From positions 1-64,000 of the forward strand of contig JALMLS010000086.1 in NCBI GenBank assembly GCA_038496445.1: a stretch of DNA of 64,000 nucleotides. Reading direction: 5' to 3'. The translations under genes and the position numbers were made by a program. Below are positions 27,300 to 39,452 of the stretch, one piece after another (position 1 is the first letter of the stretch; every line of letters starts with the position of its first letter). Source of the DNA: Trichosphaerium sp. ATCC 40318. Lineage: Eukaryota > Protista > Tubulinea. Under the pieces are notes generated by a model that did not search any database, had not been told where the DNA came from, and saw only the letters and a program-made list of their open reading frames with translations.

Positions 27300-27520
27300 G
27301 CACTAAAAAGGACAAGCTATGGAAGCTCAAGCAATAAAAACAATGCCTCAAATTTGCAACTGTGTTGCACACTTTTGAATATCCAAAGCCCACAGTATAA
27401 CTGAATAGAAAGTTGTAAAGAACATGCGTAAAGCACTATCTTTAAATAAAAAGATAGGCATACAGAGAATGATGCTAAATCGACTTGTAGTTTATTTTCA
27501 ATGAAGGGTTCAAACAAGAA
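27300..27520 (-). repeat. Inverted diverged copy of the stop codon/3' flank of the family A gene (about 7480-7690)
   Basis: ttcaatgaagggttcaaacaagaa and agctatggaagc...gcctcaaatttg are reverse complements of sequence at ~7480-7680. Confidence 0.75.
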
Positions 27521-27523
27521 TTG

Positions 27524-27656
27524 TACAGTGCTACAACAACACGATTCAATGATGACCTTAACAAACATGGTAAATGGTTGAAACGATTTAGCACTGATCG
27601 TTTTGGTGGGAATCAAGATATTTCCGATATCAGTAATAGTCAAGTTTTTGTGAATG
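27524..27656 (+). pseudogene. Orphan F-box/MORN gene segment: constant anchor + variable segment + constant anchor
   Basis: 57-nt YSATTTRFNDDLNKHGKWL anchor (56/57 identical to copy A), unique 57-nt insert, 19-nt SQVFVN anchor identical to copy A. Confidence 0.85.
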
Positions 27657-27981
27657 TCAAATATAAGCTTGAGGGAGTTTGCGTGTACAAGAAGAAACGG
27701 AATGAAACACTACGATACGGTACTAGAGTCTTAACGTTTGCCTCCTTATTCTTTGCTAGAGAGTATGGGTTAAAGCTGCAAAAGACGACCAGCTATATCA
27801 TTCAGGAGCGATTGGTACCATTGTTTGTGCTGAGAAAAATAAAGAGCTGTTCATGTCAAAATGTCACTTTTCTCTTGTTTCTTTTTAGGTAAAAGTTTGG
27901 TTTTGTATTGGGTATTAATAATAAAAGCACGTGACAAGAACCGTCAAAGAACTTCAACAAATTTTTATCCTGACGGCTCTT

Positions 27982-30117
27982 ATGCACTCTATAATCGTGC
28001 TCTTACTACTAGTTGGGTTTGTGGGCGCTCAAACCGGCAAAAAAACATCGTTTTTGTTTATTTTGGTGGATGACATGGGATGGTCTGACTTTGGATACCA
28101 TAATGGCTTCGTTAAGACACCAAACATCGATGCATTCGCTAACGGAGAGAACTCAATAAAGTTTTTAGGTTCGTAACGGTAAAAATCGAAAATACGCCGT
28201 TTAGGCTCACGTGTTTTCCCTTAATTCATTGCTAACTTTGTTTCATTTAGATTTTCATAGCGGTACGCTTTCCTCAATTGTTCCATGGTATTTTAGTTTG
28301 GGTTATCATGGCGCAAACGCTATGACCTCGTAGAGAGTAATACCAGGCCCCTTCAGGGTCTTTTTTTGAAATGGGAAATTTTTCCTTGTCATGTTCGTAT
28401 GACATTTCCTTGTAACTTACCCATACTCAAGGTGGTACAGTATGTTCCCCTACCCGCGCTACTGTACTTACAGGTAGAAATCATGTAAGAGATTGCGTAT
28501 ACAATGTTTACGGATGCACAGATCCTTCCTTGTGTAAAGTACTAACATGCTTCTGAAGATGAAAGTGTATTGTTTAATGCTCACCCTAGGCCAACATGCC
28601 ATTTGGTGGACCTGATCCAAAGGTTTTCACTGCAGCAGACGCAGTAAGAAAAGCTGACGCCTCTTACCGATCATCAATATTCGGGAAATGGCATTTGGGA
28701 GACTTCTTTGATAATCCCAGTGTTAAGTATCCTTCGTCACCAATCACACATGGTTTTGATCATTTCAACATGACAATTGAAGTAGCGCCTACTGCTACGA
28801 CGAATTGCAAATGTAAGAAGGAGTGGGAAGACACTTGTATGGTAGGACACTATGGCCCAAACTCACATTACAACACGTAAGACTCAACCAAGAAACCCTG
28901 TTCTTCTTTCTTACAGTTTTTTTGCTTGTAGCTTGCGAGACTGTTGTAATTACTGGTGGGAGAACTCCACTGCACCTGAAGGAGTTTTCAATGCTAGTAT
29001 CCCAGTAGGTAAGAACGATGCAGAGTTTCTTGTAGACTCGTTTGAATCGTTCTTAACTGAAAGGAATGGAGATCCGTTCTTGAGTATGATTTGGTTTCAC
29101 AATAATCACATTCCTTACATAGCATGTATGCCTCTCTCTTTATCCTTCTTATCTCACACCTTGTAGTGAATAAAACTCGCCAAGACTGCGCTGACGGAAA
29201 GACTTGTCCTAAAGGCGATTATTCCAGTGCTCAACTGGATTACTACGGTGCAGAAGTAGAACTAGATGAACAGATTGGAAGAATTAGGAAGTTACTTAAA
29301 ACACAAGGATATGCTGATAACACAATGATCTGGTTCACAAGCGATAATGGCCCAGAAGGAAATTGTGATAATGGGATATGTGACGCTGCCCATTACCAAA
29401 CTTGGCCAGGTTCAGCCAAAGGATTACGTGGAAGAAAACGAGACACATGGGAAGGAGGACATAGAGGTAAATGTTGTTTGTTTTTTGGTTTGCAAGAATC
29501 CTTTGGAGTTGACACTTTTCTTTAGTTGCTGGTATCATAGAGTGGCCGGAGATGATTAAAAAAAACAGAGTTGTTCCAAATACTCCTGTAAGTTACTTCC
29601 ACCTCGAAATCATTCTGTTTGTTTTTAACTCTAGTTAGGTTAATACTGTTGATTTCTTACCTACAGTGATGGATATTCTTAACGTAGAAAGACCAGAAGA
29701 TCAAAAGGATTGGGCTATGGACGGCACCAGTATAATGCCACTAATAAGAGGAGAAGAGTTCCCAGGTAATTAAAAAAAAACCAACACGTGTTTGATTGTT
29801 TACAACTGACATAACCTGTAGATCGTGGCATGGGATGGTGGTGGCACGGACGTGTTGGGTTAGGATGGCGCTACGGAAAGTGGAAGCTTGTTAATGATTC
29901 AAAATCATGTCTGAAAGAAGCTTGCGAACCTGCTTTGTATGATTTAGATGCTGACTTGCAAGAGACAACTGATCTTTCTTTAAAATATCCTGTCATTTTT
30001 GAACAAATGAAAGCAAACTTGACAGAGTGGGTACAATCTTTATACCACTCAACAAAAGTTGAATCAAAGTGTCCTACCGCACCAAACCTATATCCACCAA
30101 TGCCAGATGTTTTTTAA
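27982..30117 (+). CDS. Secreted arylsulfatase (formylglycine-dependent sulfatase family)
   Basis: FILVDDMGWSDFG, CSPTR (CxPxR) motif, GKWHLG, TSDNGP, LRGRKRDTWEGGHR, LYDLDADLQE; includes a 12-nt micro-exon at 28251-28262. Confidence 0.93.
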
Positions 30118-30170
30118 ATGAATAAAGACGCATAGAAGCATTTCAGAAAAAACTTGTTTTTTGATTCAAT

Positions 30171-30258
30171 TCAAGAAGGAGAATATACTCAGTGGGATCA
30201 CAATGGTAAAATAGTGAAACAATGTTACTATGTCAAAAACAATTCGCAGCAACAATAA
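30171..30258 (+). pseudogene. 3'-terminal MORN-variant fragment
   Basis: QEGEYTQWDHNGKIVKQCYYVKNNSQQQ*, matching the C-terminus of the 46701 gene. Confidence 0.75.
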
Positions 30259-30775
30259 ACAAATACCAAGCCACAGTCTGTTTGTTTAAGATTATGGCAA
30301 TATCATGCTCTCTCTTGATGGAGGCTTGATATTATTAAACAGCGGATTCAAGAGTTGGATGTGACTTTTTACTTTATAGCTCTAATGCACTTGTTGCTTT
30401 GATATCTCCAATTGCCCTTTTGTCTCAATTCTCTTTTCTATTTCTGTATTTGAACATTCTGTGAAAAGCATGATTTATCCAGAATTGCGCTCAGCAATTT
30501 TAGTGTAGTGAGACAATGTATAGTGTAACATCAGGAGTGGTTAAGTTGCTACACAACAAAGAGACTACAGAAATAATTGATACAATGGAGGCACGTGCCC
30601 ATAAAAACTGTTGTCCTAACCATTGTTGAATTCTTCATATTTAATTGCGTTTGTACCTGGACATTTAGTGAGGTTCTTTCATAGTAATCCATGGGCAACT
30701 TTAACAAACGATAACATAAATAAAATATTTGAGAATTAAAATCCATTTTTATTCCTTTTTTTTTTTCTCTGTTTC

Positions 30776-33700
30776 TCAGAATCCTTTTGGTTTACCAAAC
30801 CCAGCAGGGTTAGTACCAAGCTTATTACCAAATCCTGTATTTGTACCACCAAAGCCTGTATTTGTACCACCAAATCCAGTATTAGTAGTACCACCAAACC
30901 CTTTATTGTTGTTTCCAAAGCCAGTGTTTGTACCTCCAAGACCACCAAACCCTGTGTTTGTTGTTGTACCTCCGATACCACCAAACCCTGTATTTGTTGT
31001 AGTGCCTCCAAGACCTCCAAAGCCTGTATTTGTACCACCAAATCCAGTATTAGTAGTGCCACCAAACCCTTTAATGTTGTTTCCAAAGCCAGTGTTTGTG
31101 CCACCAAGGCCACCAAAACCCTTATTAGTACCACCAAGACCACCAAACCCTGTGTTTGTTGTACCACCAAGACCACCAAAACCTTTATTGGTACCAAGAT
31201 TACCAAATCCTGTGTTACCAAAGCCAGTGTTCGTTCCACCAAGATTTCCGAAACCAGTAGATGTTGTTGTGTTTAATGGTTTTAGGATTGCTCCCCAAGC
31301 GTTTTTTTGCTAATATTATTGTAAGTAATCAATAATTTAAAAACATTTAACGAAACAAAGAGCCTCAACGAAGAGAAGAACAAAACAAATCTGAAAATCT
31401 CATTTTTTTCCAGTTTTCGCAAAAAAAAAAAAAAGTGTCTACGTTTACTGTTGAAACACGTGATGATAACTTATTGATAAGTTATACACATAATGTTCAT
31501 ACAAGCGTATACATAATGTGAAAGTAAAATATTGTAAAGATCAAGAAGGGTTTCGTATGGGGTTTTTTTTGTTGGACTTACTGCTAGTGCCATTTGAGTT
31601 TGTGCATTGAGTTCTTTAGGTATGTTAATAAAATGAGTAAAAGGACTAGGACCACGAATATTATCATCAGCAATAAGAGCAGGGTTGATATTCTCGGCAA
31701 CAACAGCAGAAAGGTTAACAGCAGGATTACGGAAATCAATAAGATGAAGAAAACCCTAAACGAAAAAAAAAATCAACTACAAGTAAGAAAAAAAAAAAGA
31801 ATTAACTCCAGGTCATCACAGACGAAGAAAAAAAATAATAACCCATACACTCAAAGTAGATATAGGATTGTTTGAGAGGATGCCGTATCTGGATGTGATG
31901 TGCTGGAATGATATTCAAGCGGAAGAAAGAAAAGAAAAATGAAGAAAATGTAGTACGCACATCCATGTTATTCTGGACTTTGTAGACGAACAATACAAGA
32001 GCCTGGAATAGATTATTCCTACCAAATGGAACTTGCCATATAGCATCACCAAGTATAATATTAAAATGAGGTGGATGTATATGAGTTTGATATATAGCAA
32101 GCCTGTGATCTGTATTTTTGTTTGTTGGATAAAGTGTTTCTTTTGATGGATTTGGATAAATAAAATGATTTTTTGAGAAACTATCGTTATCATCGGTAGC
32201 ATTAGGATTTGTTTCGAGTAGACTGTTCATATACTCTTCAAAAACATGCATTACAATCTATATTGATAGAGTTTATTAACAAAGACAGAACAAAAGAAAA
32301 GTAATTTCAAAAACATTTCAACAAAAAAACAAAACATACCTGCGCGTCTGTTGGAAGCTCTGGTGTCCATGGTTTACCGCCTACAGTTCCACCTCTATTC
32401 CAATTAAAACAAGCCATGCATGTGCCTTGGCTCAAATCTACTACGCATTAACACATAAAGGAACTTCAGAAAATGAGTTTGCAAAAATGCACACTTCGTA
32501 CCTTTGATTCTCTGTGCAACATATTCGTGTGACGTAGCACCAAGTACATTAAGACACTCTGATATTAAATGTGCCATCTTTGGCATAGTTTGTTCAAGTT
32601 TTTGATTTGGATTGGTATTGGCGTTAAGCTAAACAAGGCCATTAACAACACAGACAATGATAAAAGAAAGGTTGCTTTGTGTTTAATCTGTACCTGAGCT
32701 CTCGAAGGCCATAAGTTATTTGTGAGAGTACTGTTTCGGCTCTCCAATGATGTTGGAGGTAGTGGCCTCAATGATTGACTAATAACATGCATAGGTGCTT
32801 TGAAGTGTAATTCGATAGCAGACATCCATAATGTTAGAGGTTTAAGTATCATTTTGGCTATCCACTAGTCAAACATATCAATAACAACGAAAAGAGAATA
32901 CACAAAAAAGTAAAGGCTTTTAGAGCATTTATCGAGTTACCTCCAATACCACAAAAAATGGTACAATAAAGGAGTGGTATAGTTTAAAAAACTGTAAAAA
33001 AAAAAAGATAATGTATTCTTAGTTTTCGTTTTCTGCTCTTGGTACGTACCAACCGCATTCTTCCTTGCCATACTGGTAAAAATTCTGTTATTCTATCAGA
33101 CGCAAAGAGCTCTTCAAATTTCTACAAAAAGAAATCAACAAATAAGGCAGTCAAAGCTGATATCCTTACAGCATTATCGTCATCTTTTTCTTTTTTTTCT
33201 GGCTCAGGTTCCGGAACTACAGACCTTGGTCTTGGACTAGCAAGTTTCTTTGGTGTCGGTGAGTAAGTTACCGTATTTGGTAGGTTTGTATTAGCAACAG
33301 GTAATGCATCTAAGCAAGAGAGTAAGTAATCCGCAGCAGGAACAATAAGATATCTTTTGAAGAAAAAGTTAAAAAACGTACAAGGTGTCATCTTCTTTTG
33401 ATACCCTGCATTTTGATTAAACCGTGCTGGTGTTCTATTATTATATCCACCAGGCGTTGTAGTATTAAATCTACCACCACTTGTTGTAGATATAACCCTA
33501 GGCGCAAATGGAGATTGCTCTGGACGCCTTTGTAGGGGTGTGCCATATGTTGATGTATTCGAGATACTTCCTTGAGTTTGCTGATAACTACATCAAAAAA
33601 AATAAGTGTTAGCCCTGCGTTTGTAAGATATCGACGAGTGACGCCTAATTAACATATTGTACACCACGGCGAAAAAGAAGAAATACAGCCGAGGGAGAGT

Positions 33701-34752
33701 GAAGAAAATCAAAAAAAAAAGTACGAAAAATCACATGCGATTTTCACGCTGTGGATATAGCTTGCTTCGATAATTTAAACGTACGGTGTGTTATAGTTAG
33801 GTCTACTTGGAGTTGCATATACATTAGCTGGATTCGTACGCATTGATGCGTTTGGGTATAAAGGTTCTTGTGCTGCAATATGTGAAGGAATCATACCATT
33901 CATACTTGGCATCTGTGATACTTGTCTATTATTATAAGGAGCACGTGCGTTCGAATTTGCTAAAGTAACACGTGAGCGAGACAATATTGAAGAAATATTA
34001 AGCGATTCAGATGAAAGGTCAATATGTCACGTGTATAGGTTTGCAACAAAGAATCCAACTCGAAGAAAAAAATATTGTTGTAAAAACAATACTTACGTTG
34101 GTAACTAGATTGTGATTGGTTGAGTGTATTCTTCATACGTTGACTATAATTCAATCCTTCAGACTTGTAATTTCTTCTTGATCGTCCATAGTATCCTTTT
34201 CAAATCAGTTAGTACTTACATACTCAATGTCGTTGATGTTGTTGTATTCTGTACAAGTTCTTTTGAAAAAAATGGTTCATAAAACAAGAAACCTCAAATA
34301 ATGTTCAGAATGCGTCTATAAATTGTGTGTAGCTTTATTCAAAGCCATTTGAAAGTAATTTGATTTTTTTACAAAAACTGTAGAGCGCTTTTTGGCAGTA
34401 CCTCTGCGTGGACCTCTATTCGCGGCGACAGCGAGGTTAAATAAGTACACAAACACTACTCCCGCCAAGAACCATCCAAAACCCATTATTATGCCTAGAG
34501 AGCGTTAAAACATTCCTTTAACGCTAAGCGCACCCCCATAGAACCCAACTGTGGACCAAAAATCATTGTGGCTTTACAGATGTCATTCTTCATTGTAAAA
34601 CGGTAAAATACGTACACCACAGTGCCAGCGTATACAAAAGACATGATAGCAATAAAGAAACTGGCTAGGCAACAATACAATAAAAATTGATCGCCAGAAA
34701 GCGGCTGGGTACCCCCGCGCGAAAAAGAGCTTCTTGATGATCTGTTCGACAT
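30776..34752 (-). CDS. TMEM209: TMEM209/PNET1-like nuclear envelope protein with C-terminal GFG (FG) repeat tail
   Basis: N-terminal TM segments, S/T/P-rich middle, HVFEEYMNSLL and PPHFNII...GRNNLFQALVLFVY motifs recalled from the TMEM209 family; last exon 31310-30776 encodes GFGG(L/T)NT repeats. Confidence 0.72.
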
Positions 34753-35064
34753 ACAAGCGACTCTTTAACGACGTTTCTTCAATGATTGGCAGAAAAAAAA
34801 GTAAACGGCTTTCGCGCCCGAAGGAAAAGCCATAAAGAAACAACGTTCGTACGACAATCGTCTTGCTGTAAGTCAACTACGCAGGCGTTTTTGTATACAA
34901 ACAACAATAATTTTACTTAGTTAGCCTCGTAAGGCTTTTTTTTACAGGTGGCTTTTGTTTTAAATAGGGTTTGACAATAGATAAGTGCCCCACGTATGTA
35001 GAATTTTGTTTTTGTTGGGTGAGAATGTGTGAGAGTGGGTATTGGAAAGTTGTGGATGCAATTT

Positions 35065-36149
35065 TTACTTTTCCTCGCGAGGTCCTTTTGATAGGAGCTT
35101 GAATATAGGCAAACGACCTTTCTTCTTCTTTCCAGATCCTTTGCTTTTACTACGAGTGCGTGAAGAAGATTCTGGGAGAGGTAGCGTTGGTTTGACAACA
35201 ACTTCGTTAACTGGTGTTGGTGGAGGGGCAACGGTATCGGGTTCATCATCGCGGCGCTCTTGAGTGTGGTGTATGAACCTACAGCGCGTACCATACGGAC
35301 AGGTACCGAGGGTGTGGAAAGTTTTACAAATTTCAGTTTTGTATTTCGGGTGACGAAGGAGTGGTCTGAGCTCTGTAAATAAATATAAGTAACCGTTTTC
35401 GTTGATTAATTAGTAAATTGTACTGTGCAGTAAAGAAAAACGCCCAATAAACAAAAATTTATGAAAAAAATAGAAAAACGAAAGCACAAGGCGATAAAAA
35501 AAGGTACAAAGGATAAAACAAATAAAAACGATAAACGTGAAGCATGGTTATATTTTTAAAGGGGTACCAAATAGAAAATGTTTTGTTAGGCGTTACTTGA
35601 ATTTATACCCGATGGAATTAATGGAAAAACAACTCTTTTCTATTTCTACGTACCATCACCGCCATGCGCAAACTGGCATTTATTCCCGTATCTACACGAT
35701 CCAGTTTCTACCCAAGAGCGGCATAATTCGGTTTTATACCTGCTCTGTTGTCCGAGTTGTTGTTCGATGTCTACGTTGCGTTTCTTTTTCCTTCCTTGTA
35801 TTCCCGACTTGGTTTTTTTTGGTTGTGTTGCTGGATTGGCGTGTTTTTTCGTTTGAAGAGTCTCTGGAGTCCTCCAATCAGAAGTCCATTCAGCTGCCCA
35901 AAACGCAGCTTGAGTTTGTTCTTTTGAAGGAGCAACGTCGCGAATTGACGGTTTTTTAACAGTTGGTGCTGGTGTGGTGGTGAAACTCTTGGTGCCTGTC
36001 CCCCAAGCGTTTACCGGAGATCCAGAATTTGCCGGTTCAGTACTGGTAGAGGCAACGCGCCAGCTGTCTGCACCTCCAGAAGCTGATGCAAATTCATTTG
36101 CTTCGAAACTTGGTGGTGGTGGTACAGCTGTAACGTACCGTCTGGACAT
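35065..36149 (-). CDS. ZFP36: Tristetraprolin-family tandem CCCH zinc finger mRNA-decay protein
   Basis: RYKTELC-x8-C-x5-C-x3-H and KYKTEIC...CRFIH across one intron; C-terminal RLPIF (CNOT1-binding motif of the TTP family). Confidence 0.93.
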
Positions 36150-37187
36150 TAACGAATTTAATCGATTTCAGGAGGTGTGGCTTTGAGCGTGAGGGGTTTT
36201 ATTAATTCACAAAATACAGAGAAAATTTTTAGCTCATAAACTACAATGACAGCCAAAAGGAAAAAAAGTAGAGTCTACGCTAAGGGCATACTACTAGATA
36301 GCTCTACGTAGCGTAGTTATTTGAAAACTTGAGAATAAGCGTAAAAAGTCAACTAACTGTTCCAAATAACGTTATTATCTTATACTGAGGCTCTAAGATT
36401 ACGGAAAAAACTTGTGAAAAGTAGAAACATGGAGTTGCGTGATCGTTTATTTTTCCGGACATGTCAGGCATTTTACGCTATGCGTAGTACGTTGGGTATA
36501 AACTGTGTGGCGTATGTGACAATACATTTGCAGTTTTAGTTTTTTTTGGTGCACACAGATTACAAATGACAGGTCTCGCTTTTTTAATCCGTCTATTAAA
36601 TCGCACAAAGGTTTCGTGTGGCACAGTTCTTGAAAACAAAGTGGAGAAAAACAATCACAACTACACAACCCTGTTTTTAGAAACAGTAAGCGGTGTGTGT
36701 ACCTCAGTGGATGGCAATGATGATTTTACAAGGTAGTAATGCGCTGCAGATTCTATTGCGTCAACTCCTATGCGTTTCAGGTGCGCAAAAATCGTTCTAC
36801 ATTGACTCAAATAAACGCTGTGGCTCTGTAACTGACTTAATTTAGAGCGTAAGTCAAATATTTGGAACAACGGCTCGCAATGACGTCAATACCTGTGAAT
36901 AGCACACGATCGTTCAAAAACCAAGTCAGAGCGCTTGTACGCGCTAATATAGCAAAGCTAGAACCCAAAAAGGCGCGTTAAGAAAAGCATTCATGGAGTA
37001 GTTGCGGCCTACTCTCTCGCTGCTGGATTCCGCAGTGTAAGGGCGAGTAGGGAGCACAACACGAAGTGATAGGCGTGTTTTCAAACGTGTGTAAGGTCTT
37101 GCTGCCGGTTACCGCAGTGTAAGGGATCTGAGCACGTTTAATTACATGCCACCACCTTTTTTGACAACAAACTCACTCGCGTTTTAG

Positions 37188-37478
37188 GCGGTCTATGACG
37201 AAGCTGTATCAGTAGTTATACAAGAATTCGCTACGAAAGTGGTCCAACAAGAGCAAGAACTTCAAGCAACTCGAGGGTTAAAACGAGACCTTGATGCGCT
37301 ACAAGGCGAAAATGCGAAGTTGCTGAGAGAAAACAAGAAGCTGCGGACAGCAATCGCTAAAATGAACGAAGAAGCACAAATCGTTGCCAAGAGCGCTCAT
37401 GCTATTACAACCCTTGCATCTATAAACGACACACTTGCCGAAGAAGATGACGACGAAGTCTTGCTGCTCAAGAGATGA
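37188..37478 (+). CDS. Small coiled-coil protein, last exon (5' end unresolved)
   Basis: Acceptor ttttag, heptad LKRDLDALQGENAKLLRENKKLRTAI. Confidence 0.4.
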   Translation, partial: AVYDEAVSVVIQEFATKVVQQEQELQATRGLKRDLDALQGENAKLLRENKKLRTAIAKMNEEAQIVAKSAHAITTLASINDTLAEEDDDEVLLLKR

Positions 37479-37845
37479 AACAAACTGTTATAACAAAGAA
37501 TCATCACTTCGAGCCAGTTTGTTGACTCCAGTAGCGAGGTGCCTTCCGTTGTGGCACAAATCGAGAAAACCGCGACGTGCGAGTTGGAATGGAAATGAAA
37601 TGTATTGCCAAGTGTCATATTTCGTGGTCTGTCAGGTTTACAACACACTGTTATAAAGCGCCATACAAGGCGTCCTAAATAAACTAATGAAAATGTGTTG
37701 CAATAATTGTTTGCAGACTCAACAAAGACTTGTCACTCGTTGGCTTGGCTATTACTGTGGCGTATCTGTGACAGTACAGGCATCGCCAATATTCTTCGCT
37801 TAAAGGTTTAAGTCCCCAATTTTACATTATTGAAGCCCAGCGGTA

Positions 37846-38949
37846 ATGATTATACGCAACACCCTCGCTAGAGCGTCACAACGGCAAACGCGTGTTGCTA
37901 GCACAAAGCGCTCGCGAGTTAGAACAAAACGAGTTGCAAATACCAGAGCGTCGGTAGTTTTAGTGTCTAAGCGCAATTACGCAACACACAACGAAGTTAT
38001 CAAAAATGCTTTGGATTACATGCATGAAACGAACATGGGAGTCGATATTGGCCAAGACGTAGACACAGAGTACGAGTCAGAACACGGTGACGAGACACCA
38101 ATCCCTGGTCTTGTAGAAAGCACTAAAGTTCATACTGATGGCAAGCGCATATATTCTAGACAAGAAGTACGTTATTATCTCTGTTAATTGTTATCTTTTT
38201 GATTATTATCGTTTAATTATCCTACAGGTTGGAAAACACAGTACAGCAAGCGACTGTTGGTTTATAATTCGCGCTAAAGTATACAATATCACAGAGTGGC
38301 TTAATTTTGCTCCATGCAGAGGTGCCCCAACCCGCCTATTAGAAGTACGCCTGTTTTAAACATAAAAACCAAAACGCTCAAGCTTTTAAAAGTCGTCTTG
38401 TGCCAATTGGCTCTACACTCGCTTTAAAACGCTCTAACAAAAGTCAGTTTGCTGGAAGAGACGCTACTATGGCATTTGATAGTAACGAACACTCTTGGAG
38501 GGCTGTAACTATGCTTGAAGATTTTCACATTGGGTGAGGATTTTTACCTTTTTTTTTTTTTTTCGTACAATAGCACTTCGCGCACTCATATGAGAACAAC
38601 TCGCTTACTTTTATGGTTAGCTGGTGTTTTGAAAAACCACGTTACACTATCATTAACGGACCAACATATGCAACCAATGAGAGAAGATATGCTTATGGTG
38701 TTGCGTCAGACCGTTGGAATCTCGACTTTGCAGATGAACAATTCAAACTGTACGTACAGCGTCTCTTTTTTTTTTACTCTGCTGTTCTTTGTGGACTTAT
38801 TTGTTAATCTAGGAGTGAGACACCAAGCGACCAGGATACGTATGATCCAAAAGGAAGCATACGTGATGTACCAGACAAGTCAAAATACCCTCAACAACCA
38901 AAAGAACCTTCAACTGAAGAAACAACAAAAAAAGACTAAAAACCATTAA
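37846..38949 (+). CDS. Probable mitochondrial protein with an atypical cytochrome b5-like domain
   Basis: Arg/Ser-rich presequence; YSRQEVGKHSTASDCWFIIRAKVYNITEWL...AGRDATMAF..EHS...LEDFHIG; 3' end approximate. Confidence 0.78.
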
Positions 38950-39452
38950 AAAAAAAAAATAACCAAACTGCTCTTGCTGGAACAAAAGCGGCTTGGCGCA
39001 ACTTTTTGTTGCGCGTTTGTATACCTTATACAAAGTACAAAGGAATCCATGTATGTACGGCGGGTCTCTATTTGGGCCTACCCACAAAATCATCATTTAC
39101 TTGACATACAAATACCATTCAAAGCGATTTTACGCAAACTAACTGTGTTTTTGTTGAACGTGGGTTGGTATTGGGATCTCTACATTTTTTGTAGAGTGAA
39201 GGAAAAACCAGTGGACTACGAGGTTTCGCTTGTTCCTTTGAAGGTATAGTGTTTGGCGTATTAGTTGGTCGATCAGTATTGACTTTTTGTTTTTTTTTTG
39301 AATTTTGTCCTATTTGTAGCTGAACAAACGTGTAGCCTCAAAACCTATTTTGGTTGTCTTTGGTAGCGCTTACGATCAAAACTAAACGTTCCAAATACGC
39401 ATGGGTTGATATTATTTAAAATACTATCGTTTAGAAACAATCAATATACAAA

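Noticed and set aside
30729-31313. Pro/Val-rich 194-aa plus-strand ORF and Leu/Val-rich minus-strand ORF
   Set aside because: Shadow frames of the GFG-repeat exon.
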